This document shows positions 40,495 through 53,040 of a stretch of DNA of 64,000 nucleotides, one piece after another. Within the stretch, counting starts at the first letter, position 1, and every line of letters begins with the position of its first letter. The position numbers and the translations under genes were made by a program. The stretch is from Paragordius varius (taxonomy: Eukaryota; Animalia; Nematomorpha). The stretch lies in the NCBI GenBank assembly GCA_964247055.1, contig OZ176053.1, positions 4,960,001-5,024,000 of the forward strand, read 5' to 3'. Under the pieces are notes generated by a model. That model saw only the letters and a list, made by a program, of their open reading frames with translations, was not told the DNA's origin and searched no databases.

Positions 40495-43400
40495 TTACAC
40501 CTATCCATCCTAATACTGATAAGTGGCGGCTTCGGTGACCGATGGATGTGGAAAACAATAATGGGATAAAATAGACAGTTGCATCAATTTAGTCGAGTCT
40601 AACATTAAACCGTCCGGCAAATCTGTTACGAATAAGCTCTCAGCCAAAATAACCGACATTTTACACTGCATCTATCCTAATACTGAAAAGTGGCAGTTTC
40701 GGTGAGGGATGGATGTAAAACACAAATGGGAAATCTAATAAGACAGTTGCATCAAGTTGGTCAAGTCTTACATTAAACCGTCCGGCAAAAGCTGTTTCGA
40801 TTTAGTACTCAGCCAACCCACATTTTACACTCTATCTATCCTAATACTGAAAAGTGGCAGTTTCGGTGACGGATGGATGTAAAACACAAAAATGGGATAA
40901 TCTAATACAGTTGCATCAAGTTGGCCAAGTCATACATTAAACCGTCCGGCAAAAGCTGTTTCGAATTAGTTCTCAACCAAATCAACCCACATTTTACACT
41001 CTATCCATCCTAATAACTAAAAGTGGCGGCTTCGGTGACGGATGGATGTAAAACACAAAAATGGGATAATCTAATGAGACAGTGGCATCAAGTTGGCCAA
41101 GTCATACATTAAACCGTCCGGCAAAATCTGTTTCAAATTAGTTCTCAGCCAAAATTACCCACATTTTACACTCTATCTATCCTAATACTGAAAAGTGGCA
41201 GTTTCGGTGACGGATGGATGTAAAACACAAAAATGGGAAATATAATAAGACAGTTGCATAAAGTTGGCCAAATTACACATTAAACCGTCCGGCAAAATTT
41301 GTTTCGAATTAGTTCTCAACCAAAATAACCCACATTTTACACTCTATTCATCCAAATAACTAAAAGTGGCGGCTTCGGTGACGGATGGATGTAAAACACA
41401 AAAATGGGATAATCTAATGAGACAGTGGCATCAAGTTGGCCAAGTCATACATTAAACCGTCCGGCAAAATCTGTTTCGAATGAGTTCTCAGCCAAAATAA
41501 CCCACATTTTACACTCTATCTATCCATAACTAAAAAGTGGCAGTTTTGGTGACGGATGGATGTAAAACACAAATGGGAAATCTAATAAGACAGTTGCACC
41601 AAGTTGGCCAAGTCATACATTAAACCGTCCGGCAAAATCTGTTTTGAATTAGTTTTCAGCCAAATTAACCCACATTTTACACTCTATCTATCCTAATACT
41701 GAAAAGTGGCAGTTTCGGTGACGGATGGATGTAAAACACAAAAATGGGATAATCTAATGAGACAGTGGCATCAGGTTGGCCAAGTCATACATTAAACCGT
41801 CCGGCAAAATATGTTTTGAATTAGTTCTCAGCCAAAATAACCCACATTTTACACTCTATCTATCCTAATACTGAAAAGTGGCAGTTTCGGTGACGGATGG
41901 ATGTAAAACACAAAAATGGGATAATCTTATACAGTTGCATCAAGTTGACCAAGTCATACATCAAACCGTCCGGCAAAATCTGTTTCGAATTAGTTCTCAG
42001 CCAAAATAACCCACATTTCACACTCTATCTATCCTATTACTGAAAAGTGGCAGTTTCGGTGACGGATGTGTAAAACACAAATGGGAAATCTAATAAGACA
42101 GTTGCATCAAGTTGGCCAAGTCATACATTAAACTGTCCGGCAAAATCTGTTTTGAATTAGTTGTCAGCCAAAATAACCCACATTTTACACTCTATCTATC
42201 CTAATACTGAAAAGTGGCAGTTTCGGTGACGGATGGATGTAAAACACAAAAATGGGATAATCTAATGAGACAGTGGCATCAAGTTGGCCAAGTCATACAT
42301 TAAACCGTCCGGCAAAATCTGTTTCGAATTAGTTTTCAGCCAAAATAACCCCCACATTTTACACTCTATTCATCCTAATAACTAAAAGTGGCGGCTTCGG
42401 TGACGGATGGATGTAAAACACAAAAATGGGATAATCTAATGAGACAGTGGCATCAAGTTGGCCAAGTCATACATTAAACCGTCCGGCAAAATCTGTTTTG
42501 AATTAGTTCTCAGCCAAAATAACCCACATTTTACACTCTATCTATCCTAATATTGAAAAGTGGCAGTTTCGGTGACGGATGGATGTAAAACACAAAAATG
42601 GGATAATCTAATACAGTTGCATCAAGTTGGCCAAGTCATACATTAAACCGTCCGGCAAAAGCTGTTTCGATTTAGTACTCAGCCAACCCACATTTTACAC
42701 TCTATCTATCCTAATAACTAAAAGTGGCGGCTTCGGTGACGGATGGATGTAAAACACAAAAATGGGATAATCTAATGAGACAGTTGCATCAAGTTGGCCA
42801 AGTCATACATTAAACCGTCCGGAAAAATCTGTTTCGAATTAGTTCTCAGCCAAAATAACCCACATTTTACACTCTATCTATCCTAATACTGAAAAGTGGC
42901 AGTTTCGGTGACGGATGGATGAAAAACACAAAAATGGGATAATCTAATGAGACAGTTGCATCAAGTTGGCCAAATTACACATTAAACCGTCCGGCAAAAT
43001 TTGTTTCGAATTAGTTCTCAACCAAAATAACCCACATTTTACACTCTATCCATCCTAATAACTAAAAGTGGCGGCTTCGGTGACGGATGGATGTGAAACA
43101 CAAAAATGGGATAATCTAATGAGACAGTTGCATCAAGTTGGCCAAATTAGACATTAAACCGTCCGGCAAAATTTGTTTCGAATTAGTTCTCAACCAAAAT
43201 AACCCACATTTTACACTCTATCCATCCTAATACTGAAAAGTGGCAGTTTTGGTGACGGATGGATGTAAAACACAAAAATGGGATAATCTAATGAGACAGT
43301 GGCATCAAGTTGGCCAAGTCATACATTAAACCGTCCGGCAAAATCTGTTTTGAATTAGTTCTCAGCCAAAATAACCCACATTTTACACTCTATCTATCCT

Positions 43401-44784
43401 AATATTGAAAAGTGGCAGTTTCGGTGACGGATGGATGTAAAACACAAAAATGGGATAATCTAATACAGTTGCATCAAGTTGGCCAAGTCATACATCAAAC
43501 CGTCCGGCAAAATTTGTTTCGAATTAGTTCTCAACCAAAATAACCCACATTTTACACTCTATCCATCCTAATACTAAAAAGTGGCAGTTTCGGTGACGGA
43601 TGGATGTAAAACACAAAAATGGGATAATCTAATGAGACAGTGGCATCAAGTTGGCCAAGTCATACATTAAACCGTCCGGCAAAATCTGTTTTGAATTAGT
43701 TCTCAGCCAAAATAACCCACATTTTACACTCTATCTATCCTAATACTGAAAAGTGGCAGTTTCGGTGACGGATGGATGTAAAACACAAAAATGGGATAAT
43801 CTAATGAGACAGTTGCATCAAGTTGGCCAAATTACACATTAAACCGTCCATCAAAATTTGTTTCAAATCAGTTCTCAGCCAAAATAACCCACATTTTACA
43901 CTCTATCTATCCTAATACTGAAAAGTGGCAGTTTCGGTGACGGATGGATGTAAAACACAAAAATGGGATCTAATGAGACAGTTGCATCAAGTTGGCCAAA
44001 TTACACATTAAACCGTCCGGCAAAATTTGTTTCGAATTAGTTCTCAACCAAAATAACCCACATTTTACACTCTATCTATCCTAATACTGAAAAGTGGCAG
44101 TTTCGGTGACGGATGGATGTAAAACACAAAAATAGGATAATCTAATGAGACAGTGGCATCAAGTTGTCCAAGTCATACATTAAACCGTCCGGCAAAATCT
44201 GTTTTGAATTAGTTCTCAGCCAAAATAACCCACATTTTACACTCTATCTATCCTAATACTGAAAAGTGGCAGTTTCGGTGACGGATGGATGTAAAACACA
44301 AAAATGGGATAATCTAATGAGACAGTTGCATCAAGTTGGCCAAATTACACATTAAACCGTCCGGCAAAATTTGTTTCAAATCAGTTCTCAGCCAAAATAA
44401 CCCACATTTTACACTCTATCTATCCTAATACTGAAAAGTGGCAGTTTCGGTGACGGATGGATGTAAAACACAAAAATGGGATCTAATGAGACAGTTGCAT
44501 CAAGTTGGCCAAATTACACATTAAACCGTCCGGCAAAATTTGTTTCGAATTAGTTCTCAACCAAAATAACCCACATTTTACACTCTATCTATCCTAATAC
44601 TGAAAAGTGGCAGTTTCGGTGACTGATGGATGTAAAACACAAAAATAGGATAATCTAATGAGACAGTGGCATCAAGTTGGCCAAGTCATACATTAAACCG
44701 TCCGGCAAAATCTGTTTTGAATTAGTTCTCAGCCAACCCACATTTTACACTCTATCTATCCTAATAACTAAAAGTGGCGGCTTC
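40495..44784. repeat. Tandem satellite array, ~25 monomers of ~172 bp
   Basis: Monomer CTATCTATCCTAATACTGAAAAGTGGCAGTTTCGGTGACGGATGGATGTAAAACACAAAAATGGGATAATCTAATGAGACAG...AACCCACATTTTACACT; period 172 bp (e.g. 42365 to 42537). The first monomer is the most diverged. Confidence 0.99.
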
Positions 44785-45382
44785 AGCATTACATCAGAAA
44801 CATCATATGCTATAACACATTTTTTTACACTTATCTCACAATTGTTTTGTAACAATACACTTATTAACAAAAAAATTGTCGTTATAGGCAATATATTTAA
44901 TTAATGTTTTATTATCTATATTTAACCCAAAAATAGGGTCACTATATCATACAAAAATAATAAATTTAAATCATATATAATATAGAGATGATTTTCGTGT
45001 CTTGTGAAAAAAAAATTGAAGAAAAGAGCGATTTCGTATACTCCTAATTTTTTTAAAACATACATTTTAAACCAAATTAAAAGTTATTGGCAAGATTTAT
45101 TTAAAAAATTAAAACTTCTATCATTTGTGTTTATTTCCAACTCTATATATTTCTAAAAATTATAATTATACAGACAAAACGTAATAAGTAAACGCAAATA
45201 TTTTGTTTATAAAATAAATCAGATTTTCTGAACCAGGGGTGTCCAACATCTTCTTGAACATCATATTCGACCCGCGAAATTTGTAAAATTATACTTAAAA
45301 AATCTTATTGTGTAAACAAATATTCTGAATAAGTTTATCCAAAAGGCAACGATGAAGAAATTAAATAATTACGAATCCCCAC

Positions 45383-45667
45383 CAATGGCGTACCGAGCAT
45401 TTGCGGCGCCCGGGTCATAAAACTTTTATGGCGCCCCCCCTTTTTTTTAAAGCCAATAAAACAATTTAGTAAAAAAAATAAACGTACTTAGGTCAATAAT
45501 AGAGTATATATTTTAGACTACCTAAATTGCTGAAAAATCTCATTTGAAAGTTCTTATTATTTTTGCATAATTAAAATATAATTTTAAAAAATCATTTAGG
45601 CGCCCCTAAAAAACGGAGCCCGGGACATGATGCACCCCCTTGCCCCCTCCCCCTCGGTATGCCCCTG
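45383..45667 (-). mobile_element. hAT MITE, internal-deletion derivative of 36453-38577 in the same orientation
   Basis: Begins CAATGGCGTACCGAGCATTTGCGGCGCCCGG, ends TCGGTATGCCCCTG; consists of the two terminal ~110-180 bp segments of the larger element. Confidence 0.9.
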
Positions 45668-45844
45668 ACTTATGTAAAGATAAATTTAACAACCACTAAT
45701 ATTTCTTTATAATTTCATAATTCTACTTGGAACAAATGGAGTCATAAACCTAACATTAAATATTGCAAAAACTTTATATTATGAAAGCCTAAAAAATTTC
45801 TATTATATAGATATATATATCCTTTATTGATTACACATATATAA

Positions 45845-45922
<78 letters not shown>

Positions 45923-46023
45923 AATAAGATATAAATATATTTCACATATACAAAAATATAAAATAAATTACATATAATACTGACTGATTGGATTAAGTAA
46001 TTATACAATTGGTGATTAAATAA

Positions 46024-49000
46024 TTAAAAATAAATAAGTTTTCCACAATGGCTAAACGGGTAATCCTGGTTACTGTCCTTAACTAGTTGGCCTCTTGGAA
46101 GGCACAACCAGGGGTCATACGTAAAGTTTTGCCATAACTGAAGTTTGTGCTTCAACCTGTGAAATGTGCGATTCAGATTGGCATCTTTATCACTCAACTC
46201 AAAGGCTTCTGGCTTGGCTTCGAATTTAGGGTGATACAAATTATTTCTATCATAATATTAAAATAAATAAAACTTTCTGATTTAAAACCAATTTGTCAAG
46301 TGTATTATGAAAATAAAGTATTTTAAATATAGAGATTTTATACAAAAATAGAATTAATATAATATCGTATAAATATTTTACAATTCAAGCGGATCCTGAT
46401 ATAGATCATAAAATTCCCATTCAGGACGAAAATAATATTGTCTTAATGTCAAATTGTTCCATTCGAGGGAACGTCCTGCCAATGTTCTACAAAAATATAC
46501 ATGTTTTATAAGAACAAAAAATGAGTGCGCGATAATGCAAAATAGCAATACCTGTTTAAGATATCTTGATATGTAGGGGATACATACAGATTTGAATCGA
46601 TTGGAAAAGGCGTCAGATGATTCAGATTATGAATCACTTTCATTTGCGACGCCATTTCGATGATCGATCTCATCGGATAGTATCCCGTAATTTCATGAAG
46701 GCTGGCGCTACCAAAAATATTGTTGGCCAATAAATGGTAGAACCGATGCCTACGATTTGCCAAAGGCAAATCCGGAAACATAACGGCAGGCGTTATGTTT
46801 AAGGATTGTGCCTTATGGTATAAATTTAAGGGGTTTAGTTGGTATGGGTAGGTAATATCAATATTCCGAGCCAGCTCAGCTGTCCAGGTACCATCGAAAG
46901 GACCGGTCATCATGAAAAACATTCGGATTGAATAGTATAGGGAATCAGACAAACTCGAATAGAAAGTGACTCGTTGTGGCCTCCTAACATTCTTATATGC
47001 TGTTAAATTACCAATTGAATCTAAAATATCTTGACCATTGGGAAACAAAGCAACGGCAACGTTTTCATTTCGATGATCACTATGTGTGGGCGATGGTTGA
47101 GGATTTGCTAAAGATTCTAAACTGTTGGAAATAACTATTTCATCATTAAAGTTAACATTTTTGTTCGTTGAATTTTTATATAAAACAGTTTTGGTGAAAT
47201 TGTCCAAATGATTGGGATTGATAGGATAGAACATTGAAAGTACGAAAGGAATTCTAACACCCAAATCGTAGAGATTTGTCCGACCTCGCGGAAAAGCCAC
47301 GCCATTGTCCGACATGTACATTACGCTACTCAAAGAATATCTCATGAGATGTTTCATTTCTCGTACCACCATACCAATCCCTACAAAAGCACATATTAAA
47401 ATTCAACACTTATAATAGGACAATAAAGATAGATTCCATAAAATTATCTCAAATATTATTCGTTTTACAATAGCTCCATAGCCTACTACCGAAAGTAACC
47501 TGTCAAAAGTAAATGTGTAGCAATAAGTATATATCAGGACCTAATAGCCTTACAAAAATATTAATAGTATAAATGCCGTATCTAGTTATATTTATGACTT
47601 ATTCATGAAATATTATTTAGTTTAAATTCTGTAAATATAAATATTTTTGTTTGTGAAATAGTATTTAAAATATCCACCTGGTAAATTATTTTTAATATTG
47701 ATAATCAAATACTTAAAATAATACATCAAGTGGTCTAGACAGCAACCTATACAAAAATTGTTTGATTAGGAATATTAGATATTTATGTAAATTAAGCTTA
47801 TTAAAAAATACCTTTCATATTTTAGTAAAATAAACGATATTAAATATTTTTACCTTTTATTATAAAATAATGTATTATAATATTCGTGTTCCCACGTTAA
47901 AACTCTTTAAGACAACAATAAGTGTCCTTATAAACCTGGAGATTAAATTTGAGGTGAAAAACATTCATAAAATTGTTATAATATAAAAAAATTTGATAAA
48001 AATCTATCTGACAATTTTATTATTAGGTATCTTATTAGAAGAATTATATTACATTTCTTATATCGATTAACACAATGAGGTCACCAAATCATGCCGAGCA
48101 CAAATAAAATAAGATAGAAAATATATGAATAGGAAATATTAAGCTGAGGCAGCATTGAAACAGTTATTAACAAAATAAATTATATTTTATAAAATATATT
48201 TTATATTTTTCATCTATAACTTAAATTATTAGAGACGCCAGTATTGTGAAAAAAATAATATAAAAGGGTCCTCAAATTATGTTTTAATAAGATTTTTTCA
48301 ATAATCAGTTAATCGTACTTGGAGGCGTCTTTTGTATATTAATTTATACTTTTTATTTTAATAATATGAATTATCAAGGCGACTACGGTAGTTAAGGTAA
48401 CGAATGTATAAAATAATCTTAAAAAATAATAAGTATTATATTTAAATACGTATAATGAATTGGATTACGTTTTATTTTCGTATATAATTGGGGTCGCCAG
48501 ATGGCATGATTTTAATTACAATAAATTAGAAAATAGATAGGCATACTAACATATTAATAGATTATTATTGAAAAACGATGTCAAATATTAAATAAAACTC
48601 AAGTTGATATATTAGTAATCAAGTTTACAATCTAGGTATCAAAATAGTAAACGTCTTTTAAAAACAAAATTGTGCATCTTAATTAAATTTTTAAGTAAAT
48701 GTTACCAGAATCTAGGCGACTTATAGTTTTGTACTGAGCGGCCAATTCCATCCGTGTCGTTGAAGTATCAGGGTAATAAGGTTCAACACTCTTGATTTTG
48801 TTGGCATCGTACTCTAAAGGCGTCCAATCAGGAATAGAATTTGAATTGGCGGAAATGGTAAAGTGTGTTTCGTTTCGATCCATGCCTAATAACAACTTAT
48901 CTTTACCATAAACACTCTTTAGAATAGATTCAATATTAAGGTTGCTGATTGGAACACTGATAGGTTTTCCATCTCCGAAACGTTCGCAATAAGGCCCATA

Positions 49001-49751
49001 TATTGGCATTAAGTTTTGATGGCACCGATGGGGATCTTGAAATGAAACAATAAGCAGGAAACTTCCATTAACTTCACTAATACCATTTTTCCTAAAAATA
49101 AGATAATGGTATATATTTTGGGGTAAAAATAAAATTTATTTTTGTAAACAAACTTTTTATAATCCTCAAATGCATTTCTAAACTTCCACAATTCATGCTT
49201 CATGAAGGTGGTGTTGCGGCCAATTTGCATAGAAGGATAGGTGTTATCTGTTGATTCAAAATGAAACCGAAACGATTCATCAGTCCCTACGTGTTTAGTA
49301 CCAATCAATCCTATTATAAGAATTTTGTATAACCTGTAAATATTTTGGTATTTTGCGCTAAATCATTGGATATAGAGGTGACGTCCAGACAGTTAAAATT
49401 ATGAACACCATTGTGTAAACCATACATTCCGTTTTGATGTTGAGGAAGGGCGGTGTAAAATGTCGCTCTGTATATTAATAAGAAAAGAGTAAACCTGCTC
49501 GAACTACAACTTGGTGAACTTGTGTAAGCTTTCATATAAACACCTCCATCCTGCATAATATATTGGAGGTGTGGCATTTTACAATAAGGATGGTCATATA
49601 ATTCTGATTCAAAACCGGCATCATCACCTAAAAAAGTTATAAAAACCATACCAATGATGATTATTGCATTAAAAGCAAAACCCAAATCTAAAAGCGCTAA
49701 AAAATTCAAAAAGTATAGCATTTGGTACCGAATTGTGAAAAATATAAACAT
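46024..49751 (-). CDS. SGSH: N-sulphoglucosamine sulphohydrolase (sulfamidase)
   Basis: Exons 49652-49751 (start at 49751 or 49721), 49495-49627, 49334-49467, 49154-49310, 48706-49091, 46552-47380, 46382-46486, 46024-46246; all introns GT-AG. Motifs GDDAGFE, LPQHQNGMYGLH, DPHRC, IPDWTP, SDNGVAFPRGRTNLY, HEITGYYPMRS, PIDSNLYVSPTYQD and DPWLCLPRG. Confidence 0.96.
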
Positions 49752-49896
49752 ATGGTTGAATGAATATAAAAAAATGTTTGATTAAAATATGATAATCTGT
49801 ATTTTAAAAAAGAATATTAACATTGAGGCAATTTTCAGGAAATCTGAGTTAAAGATTTTTAAATCCTATATGTACCCTAGGTCATTAAGTGGTTAC

Positions 49897-50350
49897 TAAC
49901 ACTTTGATTTAATTGATGTATTAACTAACGACCCTACACCATATTTAAACTATTATCATTAAAAAACTTCTGAAAGGGGCAAATCCAAATTTTATGCTTG
50001 TAGCCAAAAAACATATTTACATGACCCAAAATAACTATATACCTACTTTTAAAACCTTTATATCAAAGTATTTTTGCCATTTTTTTTAACTTTTACAAAA
50101 TCGTGTGTTTATTCTGACGAAAATTTGTTTTCATAATTTAATATAATATTATAACCAGAAATAATGGTTTATTTTGCAGGTTTTTATATACCTATTGCGT
50201 AAATATCATGTTGACTAAATTTTTACGTTGAGGAATTGGGTAATATCAAGTTTTGTGTAAAAAAAATTATTTCTATTTTGGTTCACAATGTTATATAAAT
50301 GCAAACTTTTGCAATGATTAAAAATTATTTCACATATTTTGAAATATTTA
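49897..50350 (+). mobile_element. Old copy of the piggyBac-like MITE
   Basis: Starts TAACACTTTGATT; internal blocks AAAAAACTTCTGAA..TTTATGCTTGTA and GTTGACTAAATTTTTAC align by eye with 62961-63370. Confidence 0.5.
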
Positions 50351-52269
50351 ATTTTAACACTTTATGACCGAAGGTAGTTTTGAGGGCATTTATGTTCCTT
50401 AAAAAATATTTTTATCAGGGTGCCAAATTTAAGAATATCCTCTCCTTAGCCTTTTGACCGAATGAGATATAAAAAGATAAAAAAAACGTAAATTATAAAA
50501 AATACTCACCTCAAACATTTTTGCCACCATTTTTTACCCGCCCAAACATCAGACAATTAAACAATATAAATAATTAACGTTGGGAAGTTATTTGATTGCA
50601 ATTTAGCAGCAAACATTTGATATTTATTGATTTTAGATCAGCTGTGTGCTTAAATCGTGTTTCAGATATATTCAAATTCGGGACTATAGAAGATTAACTG
50701 TAATAATTATAATTTTTTTATATTAACTGTAAAAATTATAATTTTTTTAACAGTTGAGGAGAGTGATAAATTTCAACCCAAAAAAAATTTTAAACAGTAG
50801 TTCGTTCACTCTATGAGGTAAGACACTAAAATGTCATACAAAAATAAAAATGTAATAAAGTCGTCACCAACAGCCCAAATTTAAATGTCCTTAAAATGAA
50901 TGTATATTCTTGTTAAAAGCCTATTAAAGATCCCCACCTAGTAAGAAAAAGAAAAATTTCGAAAAATTTAAGTTACAAAAATTTAAAGTTGCTAGCCCGT
51001 GTTAGAAAAACGATACACTAATTAATGATAATTTTCATATTTTTAACAATCCGCTAAGATTGAATATTTGAAGTTTGCCCTTCAGTACAAAATCACCACC
51101 GCAAAAAATGTGGGTTATATACAAATAGGCAATTCAATATCTGAAAAAATTTTGGGCATCATCAATTCAATATTTTTTATGAGCTGAAAAGACATTATTT
51201 AAACCTCAGTTCAGACACTTCAAAAAAATGGGTATTTTAATAGACTTGGAGCCTATTTTTTAATTAATTAAGCCACTTTAAATTTAAAATTCATTTATAA
51301 GTGCAGAGTGTAACTGAGACATATTTCAAAAATCTATAAATAGCGCAATATTCAAGTTTTATAGCCCCTACTATTGGGCCTATTGTCGCTTATGTTTTTT
51401 ATGATGTTAGAACTCAAGTTTTTTCGTGATATCATTAGGGTTTTGAAAGCGTACGATGAACCTTTTTGAATCAAAAAATACTTTATCATTATTTAGATAG
51501 AATTGTTAGTAGATTAGGACATTTTTGTGGTTAGATACGCCTTAAATGTATTCAGTGTATAATTGGTTTGATCTAATAATCGAATGCCTTTTTCTGACCA
51601 TGCTGTTCCTGACAAACTCAAAGAATGTTAAAATATGGTGCTTTTATTAAAATATTTTAGGTTTAAAAGATTATTTGACACAGCTATAAAAATAATATTT
51701 ATTATTGCCAATGATTTCACCATTAATAAATGCATATATGAATATTAATCACATAATATATAATCACTATACAAATAATTTAATTTGATTATTCACTTGA
51801 TAAACGTGTAAGGTTTAATCTCGTGTTTTTTTCATTAGGTTTAAGATTCTGCTGAACCTTTGCCCATGTTGATCAGGAAGCTTTGAATTACGAGAAAATA
51901 TCAACTATATATCCTATTACCGTAAGAAGTTTAGCGTCAATGGACACCCTAAAAATCAGTATAAAATGTTGATGTATATAAATAATGAAAATAATTTTGA
52001 ATTATATAAAACTAACCTATATCTTTGAAAATGTGAACCAAATAAGCAGCTAAATATCGATACCATCGGGGAAAGAGGGGACATCTGTCAACACAGGTAT
52101 TTGGCACATGTTTTTCAGCCTATAAAGCTATGACCCCTAAATTGTTTCGAATCGAATAATGTAAATGAAATATAAAACGTATAAATTTGAAACCAATTTG
52201 ATAAAGTGCATTATGAAAAAAGGGTGTTATAAATATTGTAAGCGTGCCTTAAATATAAAAATAATAATT

Positions 52270-52950
52270 AAAACTACAATTCTATGATATCCTTAATTTC
52301 ATGATACTCCCTACTCTAAGCGAAAATAATTATGTTTCAAAGTTAATATGTTGTTTTCGAGCGAAATTCCTGCCAATGTTATAAAACTCTAGTTTGGAAC
52401 GAATACAAAAATAAAGAACGAAGTTTATTAACATATCTTAAAATGTCGGGGAGACATACAAATTTGCATCAATATGATAAGGCGTGAGATGATTCAGATT
52501 ATGAATCAACTTTTATTTCTGAACTCATCTCAATAATCGATCTCATCGGATAATATCCTGTAATTTCATGTAGGCTCGCGCTACCAAAAACATTATTAGC
52601 CTACAGGTGGTAAAAACGATGCTTACGATTGGCCCAAAGCAAATCATGAAACATTACAGCAGGCCCAATGTTTAAAGATGGTGCCTTGTGGTATTAAAAC
52701 GGGACCTGGTATACTTATATAAGGCCATTTTTCAACTAATGTATTCGTTTCATAATAAAAAAAATCCGTAGGAGATAGTACAAGGAATTTCACAAACTGC
52801 CATAAAATATGATCGGGTGTAGCTTCTTCCCACACTGTTATGCTAGTATCCCACATTGTTATGAGAAGTGTTATAGATTTCGTGATGAAGGATATGACAA
52901 TCACGGAGATTGCCTATTGAAATTTTTTCTTTGCCACAATCCTTGAACCT
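52270..52950 (-). pseudogene. SGSH: SGSH fragment beta-1 (older, with stop and frameshifts)
   Basis: Minus strand YHKAPSLNIGPAVMFHDL..HRFYHL*ANNVFGSASLHEITGYYPMRS; similarity continues into the downstream exon and intron. Confidence 0.85.
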
Positions 52951-53040
52951 TACGGCAAGTGTTATGTAGATGGACCGTGTGGAATTAATATAATGAGCTA
53001 AATTCATACGGCCAACAATATTTTCGGGAGACGAGCCTAC

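Noticed and set aside
40495-44784. CRISPR array
   Set aside because: Whole 172 bp monomers repeat with no unique spacers, there are no cas genes, and the context is eukaryotic.
40495-44784. Hammerhead or twister ribozyme in the satellite
   Set aside because: Plus strand has CTGAAAAG/CTGATAAG and minus strand has CTGAGAA..CGAAAC, but neither gives the full CUGANGA-stem II-GAAA core. CC-TAA-TACT..AAAAGTG resembles twister P1/P2, but the P4 catalytic loop is absent.
45742-46008. 88 aa ORF with (YI)n
   Set aside because: Translation of an (AT)n microsatellite.
52644-52904. Novel small membrane protein conserved in both palindrome arms (also 60603-60833)
   Set aside because: At nucleotide level it aligns with SGSH exon 6 in a shifted frame (beta fragments), and the two copies differ by frameshifts.
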